A DNA stretch of 61,471 nucleotides, counting the filler, from Diploschistes diacapsis (lineage: Eukaryota), in assembly GCA_023645945.1 (NCBI GenBank). It is 4 parts of 4 records of this genome, joined end to end, with 100 filler letters (N's around TTAATTAATTAA, not from the genome) between each part and the next. Parts side by side here need not be neighbours in the genome. Positions count along the whole stretch, not along the records: positions 1 to 15,312 come from JALAIB010000557.1; 3 more parts are not named here. One strand, given 5' to 3'. Each line of letters begins with the position of its first letter. The first letter of the stretch is position 1. This document shows, in pieces, positions 1 through 13,773 of the stretch. The translations under genes were made by a program, and so were the position numbers. The notes beneath the pieces were generated by a model that was given only the letters and a program-made list of their open reading frames with translations, did no database searches and had not been told where the DNA came from.

Positions 1-178
1 ATAGCCGATTGTTCATGGTTTCATTCGAGATCAATCGAGCTGAGCTCGACAAGCCGACAACTTGCCACTAAATGGTGTTGCAATTCTTCTTTGAATACAC
101 GCATAACCAGTTCCCTTCCCGCACATGCTGAGATATCAAAGAGGAACATGAGCGCTATTCCGAACCAATATTCCGTAC

Positions 179-841
179 TCAAAACTTCGTGAAGCCCTTT
201 ACCGCTTTCCCGCCTTTGGTGTTGATTTTGAGGACGTTGAAACGAACCTGAAGCAAAATTATCATCTTACTCTCTGTACTTGCTTCTTGCCAAAATCTAA
301 GCAACTTACCGTCTTACTTAATGGCCGGCACCTCGTACAAGTTAGCTTCATCGAAAGAAGAGTGGCACCAAAGGACTTACTGCCCGACTGTCACTGTGTC
401 GCCCTCGTCTACACGGAAGGCCGGAGAAACGTGCGCAGCGAGGTTCTTGTGTCTTTTCTCATACCTGGCGTACTTGGGTACGAAATGCAAATACTCCCGC
501 CGGATAATGAGCGTTCGATGCATTTTCGTTGAAACAACGACTCCAGAAAGAATACGGCCTCGTATTGAAACCTGGCCAGTGAACGGGCATTTCTTGTCCT
601 TTAGCATACACCTGTTAGCATGTTTCTCCTCCAAGCCATTATATTCCGCTTCGCGTACAATATAGGAGCCTTCGATAGCAGTTTTCGGCGTTCTGAATCC
701 GAGGCCGACGTCTTTATACCATCTTCGGCCACCCTTGCCCTTGAGCTTCTTGCTCTTCGCCTGCTTGCCCTTGTGGTTGAGGAAGACGTGAGGTTGCTTT
801 TGGAAGACGCGCTCCGATTGAACTGTCAGTTCGGTCGCCAT
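179..841 (-). CDS. RPS11: 40S ribosomal protein S11 (uS17), 4 exons
   Basis: [17 protein letters not shown]...[17 protein letters not shown]...[17 protein letters not shown]...[16 protein letters not shown]...FTKF*. Three GT-AG introns (first 599-658); stop TGA at 179-181. Confidence 0.97.
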
Positions 842-949
842 GATGAGGTTTCAATCGTTCAAGCTTGGATGCTGAACGTGAAGTCGCAAACTCTCCCGGT
901 ATAATTGATATGTGTGGAGGCTCAACGTGAAGTCGATGTGTGAAGTGCT

Positions 950-956
950 GCCCTAA
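950..956. promoter_or_regulatory. GCCCTAA (TTAGGGC) Tbf1-like ribosomal-protein promoter motif
   Basis: Motif ~110 bp upstream of the RPS11 ATG. TTAGGG-type elements are known in ribosomal-protein promoters of non-Saccharomyces ascomycetes; function here is inferred. Confidence 0.4.
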
Positions 957-1045
957 TGGGCTTGGCACAAAATTAAGCGAGTTCGGACCAATGAATATGC
1001 ACCTATCAAAATTCTGCCGAATCCGACACCGTACCGATAGAACCG

Positions 1046-1073
1046 ACGCGCTAGTAAAGTGAAAGTAAACAAA
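1046..1073 (+). promoter_or_regulatory. MCB-like ACGCG (1046-1050) plus forkhead site GTAAACAAA (1065-1073) upstream of SPC105
   Basis: Cell-cycle-type motifs 170-200 bp upstream of a kinetochore gene. They are short, so a chance match is possible. Confidence 0.35.
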
Positions 1074-1242
1074 CGTCAGGCATTTAAGTTTCCTATCACT
1101 GTGCGCGCAAGTGGACGATGCATCCGCATATCACTCATCCAACAAACCGGCAATAACGTTAATGTCACAGTTCATCAGATAGATACTTCCGGGTGTAATC
1201 ACGGTTCTGCTGTCTTTCTAGGAGTTAAGTGTCGAAAACACC

Positions 1243-4200
1243 ATGCCGCCCTCACACAGTCCGAAGGCTTCTAGCCGGCGATCCCGCAAGTCAATTGCTC
1301 ACATGCCTACGGTAGCTCTTGCGGACAGGGAGAACAGTACTATTCAAGGCTTTGCACTACCAGAACTGGAACCAAGAGGCAATAGCAAGAAGACGCGCAG
1401 TAAGAGCCTGGGTCCTGGCGGTTTGGAAGCTCTTAGTGAAAGCTCCGGGAATCGACAAAAGGTTGTACTCATACTCACTAGAGGAAGTTCTTTCTTTTGA
1501 CGGCAAACTACAGATCGCTCCCATGATCAAGTCTATCCTAAAGCCCACGATTCCACTCTCCCCACCGAAACAAATACCTCCACGCAACCAGATTGCAGCA
1601 CCGTCTCCTGCCGTGGGGATAGATGCTTCCCAGGTTGACAGAAACCAAGGCCGGACTCAAGACGAGCAAGGAACCGCACATGTGACAGGTGAAAGTGCCA
1701 AACACAGCTCACTATCAGAAGAACAGCAGCAGGCTGCAGTTCGCGAAAAGGAAAAGAGAGAAATTTTAGAGCGCCGGGATGCACGTCGTAAATCATTAGG
1801 TTTGCTATAGTCTGCCCTGTCACTTCGTATCCCTAACACTCTTCAGCAAACCGCCGCGTTTCCTTTGCGCCCGAAGCAACATTACATACGTGGGATATAG
1901 TAGAATTGGGCGAAGACGCTACCACCTCATCTGAGGCCACCAATTCGACCCGTCGCGCTTCTGCTGGCTCGACTCTTCACTCCACCTCATTTGCGCAAAG
2001 CCAGCCCGAAGTCATAGGATCTGATCCCCCATCTACACCTCCTGGAGCAGAGTTACAAGTCGCTGCCTCTCCAGCTCATCAAAGAGACTTGCACCAGAAA
2101 AAGCGGCGTCGAAGCTCCGGAGTATCATCAATGAATCCCAATAATCTCGAACAGCTTTCTTCTAGCCCATTAGGCTCTGCCAGTAGCGATGATACTCGAC
2201 AATCTCCGGATGCTACCGACATCATTGATGCCTCGGAAATAGACTCAGATGAGGACAAGGACACGGTCAGGGATGACACAATTACCGGAGTAGTCAACGA
2301 AGACCTAACAGGTCACTCCGAAGCCTCGGCCCACTCCGATAAAAACTCGAGTACTAATTCGTCGGCCCAGCTCGAGACCCAGCTCGACACATCACTTCCT
2401 CAAGCTGCCCAACGTGCAGACGCTTACAATAACCAAGCCACCGCAACAGCAGATGTCATAATGGATCTAGTAGATGACGAAGCTTCCCAGAACGTAGCTC
2501 CCATTGAACAAGAAAGACCATCGAGGCCTCCCCTGATGGGGAACTTGAGTTCACTTGCAGACCAGGAGAATGTCAACCCCTTTTCTCCTGCATTCGCCGC
2601 GGAAACTCGAAAGCCAGAGGTGGATAGAAATGACAATGAGGTGACGATGGAAATGACGCAGGCAGTTGGCCGCATCGTGCAACCTAAAGCGAATTCGCAG
2701 GGATCACCGCAGCGTGGCAGGCGCAAATCGATGCCTACTTCTTATCGAAGAAGTGGTGTTGGGCGTCGGCGATCCTCAGGCGAGTCATCGACCCCAGATA
2801 ATGAAACGATGGATTTTGCAACAACCTATGGAGGCATTCAGCAGTCTCCATCAGCAACTGCTCAGCGATCCGACCCTGCAGATGACGATGAGGAGATGAC
2901 GATGGAGCTGACTACGGTGATGGGAGGTGTGGTCCAGCCTCAAAATGGCCCAACAGATTTGACTTCAGCGGCGAACGAAATCGATATGGCTACCGATATG
3001 GATATGGACTTTACTACAGCCGTTGGAAGACTTCTGTCTCCTGTCACCGAACGTACTGAGCCAAGCGAATACGGAACTATGGGGATGGATATCATAAAAG
3101 CTGTTGGCTCCATCTTACCCAATGATCTCAGAACAGGGGACAAGTCGATCGCAAAGATGCTGATGGAAGAAGAAGCAGATCATGGACAGCTCACTCGATC
3201 GCCATTTACGCAAGTGAACACTCAGCCTTCCAAAACTATGCCCTTGGGCCCAAAAGCCTTCAAGGCGACTTGTACCGGCAGTCCGGAGGCAGTCGGAACT
3301 CGAGGCGTAAGCGCTCAAATGCCAACTACACTCAAGCCAGCTGGTACTCCTATCAAGACTCCTGGTACACCTTCAAGACAACTGACTCCTCAGCCTGTCC
3401 GACCAACGACACCAAGCAAAACTCCACCATCTAAGAATGTTTCCATGCGAAAAACATCACCGAAGAAGTTGTTTAGGGCTGAGATCAAGAAATTTAACTC
3501 AAAGTCTCCAAAAGCTTCCACGCCAAATTTGAAGTTCAGCAAGGATATCAAAACTGGGCAGTCCATTCCAGATGTCATACTTACGCCTCCTGCTCCGCGC
3601 AGGATATCAGGAGTCGGCATTGATCAGGATGGTATGGGGTCACCTAGAGTGGCAGCCATTCTGGACAGACGAGCCTCGATCCTTGATTGCACGGATAATT
3701 TCTCCCCCGGCCGAGTGCGATTCGGGGAGGTACGCTTTGAAGATCCTGTGGTAATGGAGCAGGAAGTGGACAATGATCGGGCAGAGGAAGAGCGTCGAGA
3801 AAGCGGTCGCGGTATCCTGCAGATGGAGGCCGAAAGTACCCAAGAGGGCACCAAGGAGCTTACTGCCACTCTCAAGGATATGATTCAAAGCTTGACGCCG
3901 AAGAAGAACAAGCTCAGGGGCCGCAAGTCCCTAGCTGCTGGCTCTGCAAAGGGGCTCCTAGGCAAGCGACCTATTGAGTTAGACGAAGAAGACGAAGACT
4001 CAACGCCTAAGCGACTAAAAGGTAAAGAAAGGAGTCCCGTGAAAAATATTCTTCTGCCTGGACCGCTGTCAAAGGACGAGACCGCAGGCCGTCTCGGCAA
4101 AGCACCGAAGTTTATCCTAAACAGCATTAGTGGGAATGTTGGCACTCCAGTCACGGAAGTTGCACCTCTTAAGACTGCATCGACTCCCAAAAACCATGAA

Positions 4201-5979
4201 CGATTTAAAGACGTTGATGCGGTAGCAACAGGCGCGATGCCCCCAACTTCTTTTAACGAGCAGGTGTCGGGTGCATCTCCTGAGACGGTTCTACCAGAGG
4301 AGGCACCTGTTTCACTTCAGAACTTCCTCAACATGACTAATGTTCGCTTTATGGACCTTACAACAACGAAGCGAAGGCACACGGTAGCTCCCAGTACCGA
4401 TTTTAAAGCAGAAGACGACGTAGCTGGTACTCGTGCTCAGTTTGCTGATTGTGTAGCGACTGGGGCTTGCACGATCCCGATGCTTGATCTCTTCCAACAT
4501 GTAGGTCACCTACCCTGTATCTCCAATAGCTAACTAACCATTCCAGTCGTGCCGCGAGTTAAAGAAGTACATCTCTGAGGGTAGAAGTGTTGTACGCGAG
4601 ATTGAAAAGGACACATTGGAAGAGAACCCTCCACTGTTTCGCGAATACATGTCCGCCTCTCCAGGGGTGCGTGCAATTATGGACAACCAGTTCAAGAACA
4701 TCAAGGCACACGCCAGAGGTGAAAGCAAGCGCACCTGGTACGAATGGCGCTCCAAACTTTTCGATGGCCTTAAAAAGGGTCTGGTTGGCATTCGCGAAGG
4801 CATGGTGGAAGATGACAAGCTGCTTGAGCAGCAAGAGGATCTTCTTCAGACTCGGATTCCCGAGTTAGTCGAGAAGCATGCCAGCTTGAGAACGCAAGCC
4901 GAAATGATGCAAGCTCATGCGGAAGAAGTTGCAAACTGCAATCAGGACGAGCTCCGTCAGACTAGGTCGCGACTCCTTGCTAAGGAAGAGGAGATCGAGG
5001 CGAAGAAAAAGCTCCTGACCGACCTCCAAGCCCAGCTACAAGGATTAGAGCAGGGCATCGAGCAAGTCCAAGAACAGATCAGCGAATATCGCGCTGAAAT
5101 TCAAGAAGCAGAGCGCGTTACAAATGATAACCGAGGCTGGTCCTTCGCAGAAGTCAAAGCCCTCAAAGGTAACCACCTTCATCTGCATCCTCATTATTCT
5201 CTCCAGCTGACTCTCCTACCCTAGACAAATGCGACGCTCGAGAAGTCGAAACAGGCTGGTGCATTGACGCCTGCACCGCTCCACACGTGACCTACGCCTA
5301 CCAAAAAACCCTGTTCCTCTTCGCCGCCCCAGACCACTTCTCCAGACCTATCCCAACCCTCGAACCAGACCTCCCCATATCTCTCTCCTACAACCCTCCC
5401 GATGGTCTCTATCGCCCCAAGCTTAACGGCGAACCACCCGTCGTACACCGCTTCTTCACCCAGCTTCTGCAGGCACGCTTACCAGCCCTCCCACACTCTC
5501 GGCCCGCGCCGTCCATGAAATCTGTCCTCGGTATGATAAGCGAGGGATGGCAGTTAGCCTCGCGGCTCTATGACGAACTCATGGACGTGCGCATGGTGTT
5601 CTCCACGGACGAGAAGATCGTCTCCGACGACACCCTGCTGATCCAGTCCATGGTCCTCCTGCGCGCGCCTACGGGCGTGAGGCAGGCGCAGACAAAAGTG
5701 GAGGCCCAGTTCTTCGTGAAGGTTCTGGGCGAAGGGACGGAGATGAGATGGGAAATCGACGTGAAGACGCCAGTTGCTTACGGCGAGGGGTTCATCCCGG
5801 AGGCGATGAGAGATGTTTTGGTGGAGAGCATCACGGGGGAGAATGGGAAGATGGGGCCAAGGGGGTGGCGCGCGGCGCTGCTGGACTTGAAGGGAAAGAT
5901 GGCCAGGAAGGAGATTGAGAGCACGGGGGTTTGGAAGAATAGTGGGTATACGACGAAGGAGAAGGTAGTGGACGGATGA
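1243..5979 (+). CDS. SPC105: Kinetochore scaffold Spc105/Spc7/KNL1, multi-exon
   Basis: RKSIAH/RSKSLGPGGL N-terminus; PP1-docking KSILK and RRVSF (across the ~1800-1847 intron); MELT-like repeats (MEMT, MELT, MDFT); Spc7 domain LQNFLNMTNVRF...WYEWRSKL followed by coiled coil. Confidence 0.93.
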
Positions 5980-6573
5980 GTGAGCTTTTGAATTGGGGCA
6001 GGAGGTATTGTCTTGGGTTCGCTTGCCCGGGCGCCGGAATTTTGTCGATGTTATATGAATGGGTGACTTTGCCGCGCGTTAGTTTGGTTTATGGAGAGGT
6101 ATACGAAGCGCAAATACTCCGCTACCATCCATGCGCGTCTATTGAGGAAGGCAAGCGATATTAAGAATAATCTACGACCCCAGCACATCTTCCGCCACTT
6201 TATGGCCATACCGCGGCTCGAGAGATCCTTCAGACCAACTGTGACATAAACCTAAGATACCTGAAGCTCTGATTTGATCCGAAGCATTTTCTGGAGCTCT
6301 TGTGTGGCTGTAGAGTGGCGGAAGAGGTACTGGGTGTGCAAATAATTCTTATCATCACCTGGAAGGCAGGCGCAGACTGGTTTTGTAATGAGGTAGTACA
6401 GTCTCGTGTCTGTACTACGGTCGAGGAGTCGATAATATCCTGCATTGCTGCTATTGACCCCAACCTCCGCCACGAGCATGTAGCTCCCAACATCCCAGGA
6501 TCAAAGCGCACCACCGTCTTGCATAAAGCCGTAGCAATAGCACTGTCTCAGCCGCTCCCCTCCTGGCGCTACG

Positions 6574-8571
6574 TTAGCATCGGAGCGGGCTACCTTCACT
6601 GCCAACTTCTCCGGCTTCCCCTACATTTTGTAATCCCTTCTCCTTAAATTCCTTCCACCCTGGCACATCAAGCCCCATCCTCTCAAACTCCTCATCCCCC
6701 ACAACCCTCACAATCTTAACATTCCACTTCCCAGCCCGCAGTATCAACATTGAGTCATCGATAATAAACTGCGCAAGCTCCCCGACACGCGTTTCCAGGA
6801 TGAAGCGGTAGTCCAGCCCGTCCTGCATCGTCGGGTTCTTGCCGGACCGGCGCCCCACGTAGGCGCCCTTTGCCGCCATCAGGCGCTGCCCCTCGCTGCC
6901 TGAGGCCACGAGGCCGACGGCCATGAGGACACGGGCAGCGGAGGAGTGTATGACGAGCGAGCGCGGGAGGGTGACGTGGTGCTGGATAGCGGAGGTGGAG
7001 TCTAGAGGGGCGATGTTGCGGTTCGTGATGCGGTTGATGTAGGCGGGGTCTTCGACGTAGACGGGCTTCGCGGGGGGGTTGTTGGGCGAGGCGGGCTTCC
7101 TGGAGAAAAGCATGTTATGGGATTGGAGGACTTTGTCGGCTTCGACGGGGCCGTGGAGCAGGGTGATTACTTCGTAGGCTAGACGATGTTGGGCTTTGCG
7201 TGCTTGGGGACGAGCGGTATGTTGGGTGAGGAGATCGTCGATTTCGGAGAGCGGGATGAGGGTAAAGAGGCGCAGGTAGCGGCCTACGTCGGCGTCGGAG
7301 AAGCGGAGCCAGAACTGCATGGTATGAGCTAGGATGGCTTAATTCATTCTAATATGCTTACCTGATACTGCTCGAAAATCGGGGTCATCTCGGGATCTAG
7401 CCATATAGCATTACCGGCGCTTTTCCCGAACTTTTCGCCTGAAGCGGTTGTTAAGAGCGGCACGGTGAGACCGAATTTCTTCGCCAACGGTCCGAATTTT
7501 GTGGGCTCTATCTCCTTGTCTACCAATTGATCGGCGACGGAGTCCACGCCTTCGATCCCAGCAACGATATTCCCAAACTGGTCCGCGCCTCCAATCTGCA
7601 ACTGTATGTCCCTTTGCTTGAACAACATCCACCAATCCCAGGCCTGCATAAGAGGATACGAGAATTCAGCGTAGGACATGCCCTCGCTTTGCTGAAGTCT
7701 GGTCTTGGCACTTTTCGCAGTGTCAGCTGTATCCATGGCGCATGCGGTGCCAGAACCTACGTATCGCGCGAGAGCATGGTACCCATTCTTGTCGAAGTAC
7801 CCAGATACCTCATCACGTCCAAGAAAGTTGTCTTGCCCCACCAAGCATTGTTGTTGATAAGCCCTCTTTCCCAAGACCAGACCTTTTCGTAGCCATACTT
7901 GTTTGTCGCGTGCTTCTCCATATTCTCCCAGAACTTCTTCATTTGGAGATGCATGCTGGCCATATTCTGTATCCGGGTGGTTCTCGCAGTCTTTTCTCGA
8001 GGAGCCTTTCGTCCGCTTGGGTCTCCAATCTGAGCTGTCGAGCCACCTAACTATCATACCTTAGCAACAGTTAGATTATCAGATGGAACAGTGAATACCA
8101 GTGTGATAGCATTAAATCCATGCACGTAGAGCCATAATAGTACCATGAGCGGTAGGAGATGTCCGACGTGCATTGAAGGGGCAGTCGGATCAACACCAGC
8201 ATATGCTCCAATCCTCTTTGAAATCATGAGCCTGTCGAGCTCATCGCGGTCTCTGAAAGCGTTGGTCAGCCGCGCTTGAGGAGTAGAGCGGACCGTTCCT
8301 ACCCTGCTATAGAATGCACATAGCCGCGCTTCTCTAGGATGGAAAGCATACTATCTTGTCTACCAGCCTCAATCTTTTCGGCCCTTAAGGCCCACTCATC
8401 ATCTGCCTTGTCGAGCTTTTCTCCATATTTGAAGCGACGCTTCTCGCGCTTCATTTTTTCGTATTTGGCCTCCACGGTCAGGCCAGATCTGGCGCCGCGT
8501 TGCTGAATGCATGACGAGCAGACCCATGGTCTTTTGAAAAGCGCCTTGTAAGGGTTTTGCGCAGGCCGCAT
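6574..8571 (-). CDS. MSY1: Mitochondrial (bacterial-type) tyrosyl-tRNA synthetase, multi-exon
   Basis: GVDPTAPSMHVGH (HIGH motif), EFSYPLMQAWDW, QIGGADQFGN, KFGKSAGNAIWLD (KMSKS motif), S4-like C-terminus, basic N-terminal presequence. Confidence 0.93.
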
Positions 8572-9028
8572 CGAATTCAAGGAGCGTCAAAAGTTTAGAA
8601 GGCTATCGGGTGACGTTGAATGTTTTACGTACGGAAGCGTTTCCGAGAATTATCCGTGACTCGGGCCGGTCACTGTTCTATGTTTGCATCCTGCTGATAG
8701 ATAGATATCTGGACCTCTGATACCTGTGTTATGCTACGACCACGTCGCTTTTTTCTATACGAACAAGCAAATGCTCAAAGAGTTAAGAAAGTTGTATTGG
8801 TTCGCTCTGCTTGAACTCCTATGCGTGCAGCATCTGGCTAGTACCGCTAGCCCCTGATTGCAAACCCCCATAATAACGGGAGCACCCGGAGAGTTTGGAA
8901 GTCTGGTTTTTTAAAGATTGCTGAGATCACTGGAGAGAGAAGGCAGGAAGAAGTTCTCTACGGTCCTGATTTCTCATTCTTTTTTCTGCTTGACCCCATC
9001 CCCATCCCCATCCCCAATCTGGAAGGCC

Positions 9029-11810
9029 ATGCTTTTCTACTCAAAAGTTGTCTGCGAGCCCCCATTAGGGCAGAGTACTGTGATACCTCCTCAGGTGACT
9101 GAAGTAGGTGCATTTGTACATTTCTGTCTCTAATTTACGGCATGATCGGCTGTGCTGGCAGGACTCATTATCTTCATAGGCAAAATTCATTGTTCTTGTT
9201 GAATCTAGCGACGCGTCTATTGACGAGTCGTGTGAGGCGGTTCTTTGGCACAATGGCCATAACGCTGGGACCTGGGATGAGTTACGGCTGGAGAACGTCA
9301 AAATCAGTATCGGTCCAGTATGCCTTCCACGCGTAGCAGGGCTGGGCTATGGTTAATGTCCAACTACAGCTGGCTATAGCCAAACAACAGCGGCACAATA
9401 TCTATCGTCAATACTTTCGTGGAACTGTACGCCGCCCGGGCGTAAGTACCGACTCCATCAAGTTTACGGTGAGATACCGAAATGCTCATGGAAATTGGAT
9501 ATGGGCCAATGAAGACTCCAACCTAGTGGACGGTGAACTCCACTTTCAACCGGCTGATCTCCCAGAAAGTCTGGCAACTTGCTTTAGCAAATTCTCTAGA
9601 ACTTGCCGCGTCGAGCTTTGTCAAAGCCAAGTCTCTGATACCAAGCTCTGGGCGCTCTCGTTTAATGTGCCGGCAGCCAAAAAGAAATCAAGCTCCACCA
9701 CAGAATATCTAGGTGTACCTGTACAGGTTGCTCGATGGCTTACCCTAGTCAGAATATCGACTCCGTGGCTGGTGCCGCGCCATGGCAAAGGTGTCTTCAA
9801 AACGACAGAAGATACCATGATGTGCTCTTTCCTCCGCCGTGACGGTCTTCATATGGTGCTTCTCGCCATAAGCGGGGTGGACGATATGTTAACCGTTTTC
9901 CGAGACGATGACTTTGGAGGAATCACAATGAAAGCAAGAAATGAACTAGAGCGGCCATGCGAGGCAAAGGTAATTGCAGCTGTGGGTTACAGCCACGAAA
10001 CAGCTCTGGCTACGTGCATGTATCATGCCCGTGACCTTGTTAAAAGCTCTGCGACTTCTTTCTCGGATAAAGTTGAAGAGCTCGGTTGGAAAGCTCGCGA
10101 TGACCCTGAAGCGCAGTGGAACCAGCAGTGGACTGATGGGTTAGGTTATTGTACATGGAATGCTCTTGGCCAAGATCTGACTGAGCAGAAAATTATGGAC
10201 GCGCTTGACTCCCTTGAAAAGAGTAATATCAATATTTCAACTCTCATCATTGATGACAACTGGCAGTCTCTGGATAACGAGGACGCCTACCAAGACGACC
10301 GAGGATGGTCTGACTTTGAAGCAAACCCAAGAGCTTTTCCCCGCGGTCTCAGAAAAGCAGTCACAGACTTCCGTGACAAGCATCCCAGCATCTTGCACGT
10401 TACTGTCTGGCACGCGATTCTCGGTTACTGGGGCGGTATCTCCCCTACTGGCTCTATTGCCCAACAGTACAAAACCAAAGTCATCCAGAAAGAGGACCTC
10501 GGCCGCGTAGCATCCGGCTCGATGACAGTCGTCGACTCCTCCGACGTCGAACGCCTTTATGACGACTTCTACTCCTTCCTCTTAGACTCCCGCATCGACT
10601 CCGTCAAAACAGATGCCCAATCGTTCCTCGACCTCATTGCCTCTCCCGGTGACCGCCGCACCCTTATCCGCGCCTACCAGGACGCCTGGACCATCGCCTC
10701 CCTCAAATACATGCGCAATAAGTGCATCTCCTGCATGTCGCTCGTCCCTCAAATAATCTTCCACTCCCAATTCCCCACGAACCGCCCCGCCGTCACGCTG
10801 CGCAATTCCGACGACTTCGCCCCGGACAATCCTTCAAGCCACCCATGGCACATATGGAGCAACGCCTATAACGCCTTACTCACACAGTACTTGAACGTGT
10901 TGCCGGACTGGGACATGTTCCAGACCGCGCACCCGTCTTCCGCCTTCCACGCCGCCGCCCGCTGCGTCTCTGGCGGGCCAATCTACATCACGGACACGCC
11001 CGGCAAGCACGATTTAGAGCTCATCCGGCAGATGACGGCCGTGACCAACCAGGGCGCAACCGTCACGCTGCGACCGAGCACGATCGCCAGGACAATCTCG
11101 AGCGGCGTGTACACGGCGTATCAGGAGCCGAGGCTGCTGAAGATCGGCTCCTACCACGGACGCTCCGAGACCGGAGTCGGGATACTGGGCGCGTTCAACG
11201 TCACGCCCCATCCTCTGACGGATTTCGTGGCGCTGGCGGAGTTCAGGGGCGTGCTGGCTGGTCGGACATACATCATCCGTTCGTACAGCACGGGGAAGAT
11301 CTCACAGCCGATGGCGCTGGGCGATGACATGCCGCTGCTCTCGCTGGAGCTGGAGAAGGAGGGGTGGGAGATTCTGACGTGTTATCCGGTCGAGAGCATC
11401 GAGAGGGAGGGTAAAAAGATGGACGTGGTGCCGTTGGGGCTGCTGGGGAAAATGAGCGGCGCGGCGGCGCTGATGGGCTGGGAGGCTGACCCGGAGATGG
11501 GGAAGAGGCTGCTTGTGAAAGTCACGGTCAAGGCGTTGGGGAGGTTGGGTGAGTGCTCCCGGCGTGAGATCCCCTTATGGGCTGTTGGGGAAGGCTAACG
11601 GGTGGCTCAGGTCTGTACATGTCGCTGTTGCCGGAGAAAAGTGTTGATGAGGACTTCCTGATCCTGCTGAGCGATCGCGTTGTGCCGCGGCATACAGTCG
11701 ATGCGTCGGGCAAGGTGCTGGAAGTGGATATCGAGGCGGCGTGGAGGGAGCTGGGTCTGGTAGCTGCATGGAATAACGAGGTCACGGTCGAGGTTTACAT
11801 GGATTGGTGA
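9029..11810 (+). CDS. GH36 raffinose synthase/Sip1-like alpha-galactosidase
   Basis: GYCTWNALG, LIIDDNWQ, VWHAILGYWGG, VKTDAQ, RNSDDF, PDWDMF, ARCVSGGPIYITD. Start and last exon inferred from splice signals. Confidence 0.9.
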
Positions 11811-11905
11811 TGCGTAGCACAGCAATGGTCGTAGGAGCTAGCAGGGAGAGTCAATCATTCATAGCTACACCATGGACAACTGTTCCGCAATCGCGACTAA
11901 ACGTG

Positions 11906-13773
11906 TTATTCGCCTGCTAAAGTCATACATATACCCCCTTCATTTTGTACCTCCTGCGCTCTTTTCCATCCCTTAGCAACGCTCTCATCTGGCGCAACAT
12001 GCATCCAGATCTCATGCTCAGGCTTCGGAAACATACTCCCCCTGCCCCTCTCCTTCTTATTCCTAACCCGACTCACAAACTCATGCGGTATCTTCAGCCG
12101 CATGCCGATCCACTTGTTATCCGGCCGATGCTCCTCGGGCATCTCCTTCGTGATGGGCAGCCTCAGCAAATCCTCATCCCCACCGCTCCCCTTCCTATCA
12201 TCGCCAGCCAGGATGCGCTCCGGCATGACGACGCGGAGAAACTCGAGTGCGAGCGTGACGTTCAGGTCGACAGCGCGCTTAGGCAGTATCCTGGCCTTGA
12301 GCAGCGTCGAGCAGACGCGCGGGTACAGGATTGGGATGTCCGTCTGCGACAGGTGGATGGAGCCGCGGATCGTCAGGAGCCAGCTGAGATTGCCCGCGGC
12401 CAGCGCGCTCTCGGCGATGGCTCTGGCGCCGCGGAAATTGCCGGCCCACCACATGAAGGCCTCGGAGCTGATGGCCAGCAGAGGCACGCGGATGGCTGGC
12501 GCGTCCTCGGAGGGGAGCACGGCGGCCCACATGTCGAGCGCGATGCCCTGCGAGAAGTCAGGGAAGTTGGTGCTGTCGCGTAGGACCTCAATGGCCGTAG
12601 CGGCGCCGAAGGAGTGCCCGCAGATGGTGGCCTTGGTGAGGTGGAAACGGCCTTTCCACGAGGACCAGTCGATGCCGACGGCGCCACGGGAACTTGAGCC
12701 TTTGGCGGATTCGTGGCGCAAGTTTTGGGCGGCGATGAGGTGCCCGTTCCCGTCGTAGATGGTTTTCAAGATGCGCTTAACTTCCTGGATTTCGGCTTTT
12801 CGGAGCACGATCTGGGCTTTGCGGAGTTCGAGGTCGATGCCTACTTCGTTGTTGGGGGAGGTGTCGTAGGGATTGTCTAACGGCCGTCAGCGTGTATCGC
12901 ACCGAAGCGGTAAGAAAGGACATACCTTGTGGAAATACATAATCGATCCTGTCATAGTCATGCTTGAGATCTTCTTTCGAATGATCAACCACACCATCAG
13001 TTGCGTCTCTACTTCCGTGCCCTTTAGGAGGGTGATTGATGAAGGTGCGGGCGCCGCTTCCATCGCGGTGTTCCATAGAGACCACAACAAAACCATAACT
13101 TGCAAACTCCCCGAGCAAGGTAGACGAGGTCGTTCGATTACCACCAAGGCCATGAGTGAAGACTATCAGTGGAAATATCGGGCACTCCCCTTCTCTCGAA
13201 TCTAAACTACTAGCCTCTCCTGCGGTACAATCTAGTATAAGTAGGTGTCTGACATAGGATATGGATTGTGGAATTACCTTTGAACGAATCCATACCGGGC
13301 GGGAAATGAGTCGCCAGCTTGGCATTCCTGAAAGAAGGCAGCCTTGTAAACCAAGTCGACGTAAGAAACCACGCTATCGAGAACCATCCCGGCAAACCCG
13401 CAAATTGGCCGTAACCCTTTGCGACCTGATTCCGAGGTTTTGGCAGCCATGTGTCCCTACTCCAATTATCTTTTCCGGAAGGGTCCTTTCCATGGCCAGT
13501 GCCCAAAGCTGCCGGATAGAAGATAGTGAACAACACGGTCTCCAACTGAAGAAGATGGCGCTTATTGCGGGTGATGTGCGAGAAGACTCTTGGCTGCTCC
13601 ACTGGTACTTCAATATCTATCATACCAACGCTGTAAGGACCGGAGTATCTGGGAAGAGCGCGGAAGACCTTGTCTCGAAACGTATACGGGTCTGCTGGTG
13701 GCATCTGATCTCGATCGTCTGGATTGTCTTGTCCCTGTAGGCCTCCATCTTGACGTGACTCTGCACCTTCCAT
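11906..13773 (-). CDS. Platelet-activating-factor acetylhydrolase-like alpha/beta hydrolase
   Basis: LPRYSGPYSVG, FTHGLGGNRT, EHRDGSG, nucleophile GHSFG, GSIHLSQTD; two introns. Confidence 0.9.

Noticed and set aside
8657..8663. Gcn4-like TGACTC upstream of the TyrRS gene
   Set aside because: Imperfect site (TGACTCG), expected by chance.
11945..12758. Long antisense ORFs (212 and 218 aa; similar ones at 22271-22933, 50289-50945, 59916-60449)
   Set aside because: They shadow well-supported genes, mostly in GC-rich sequence, and have no recognisable domains.
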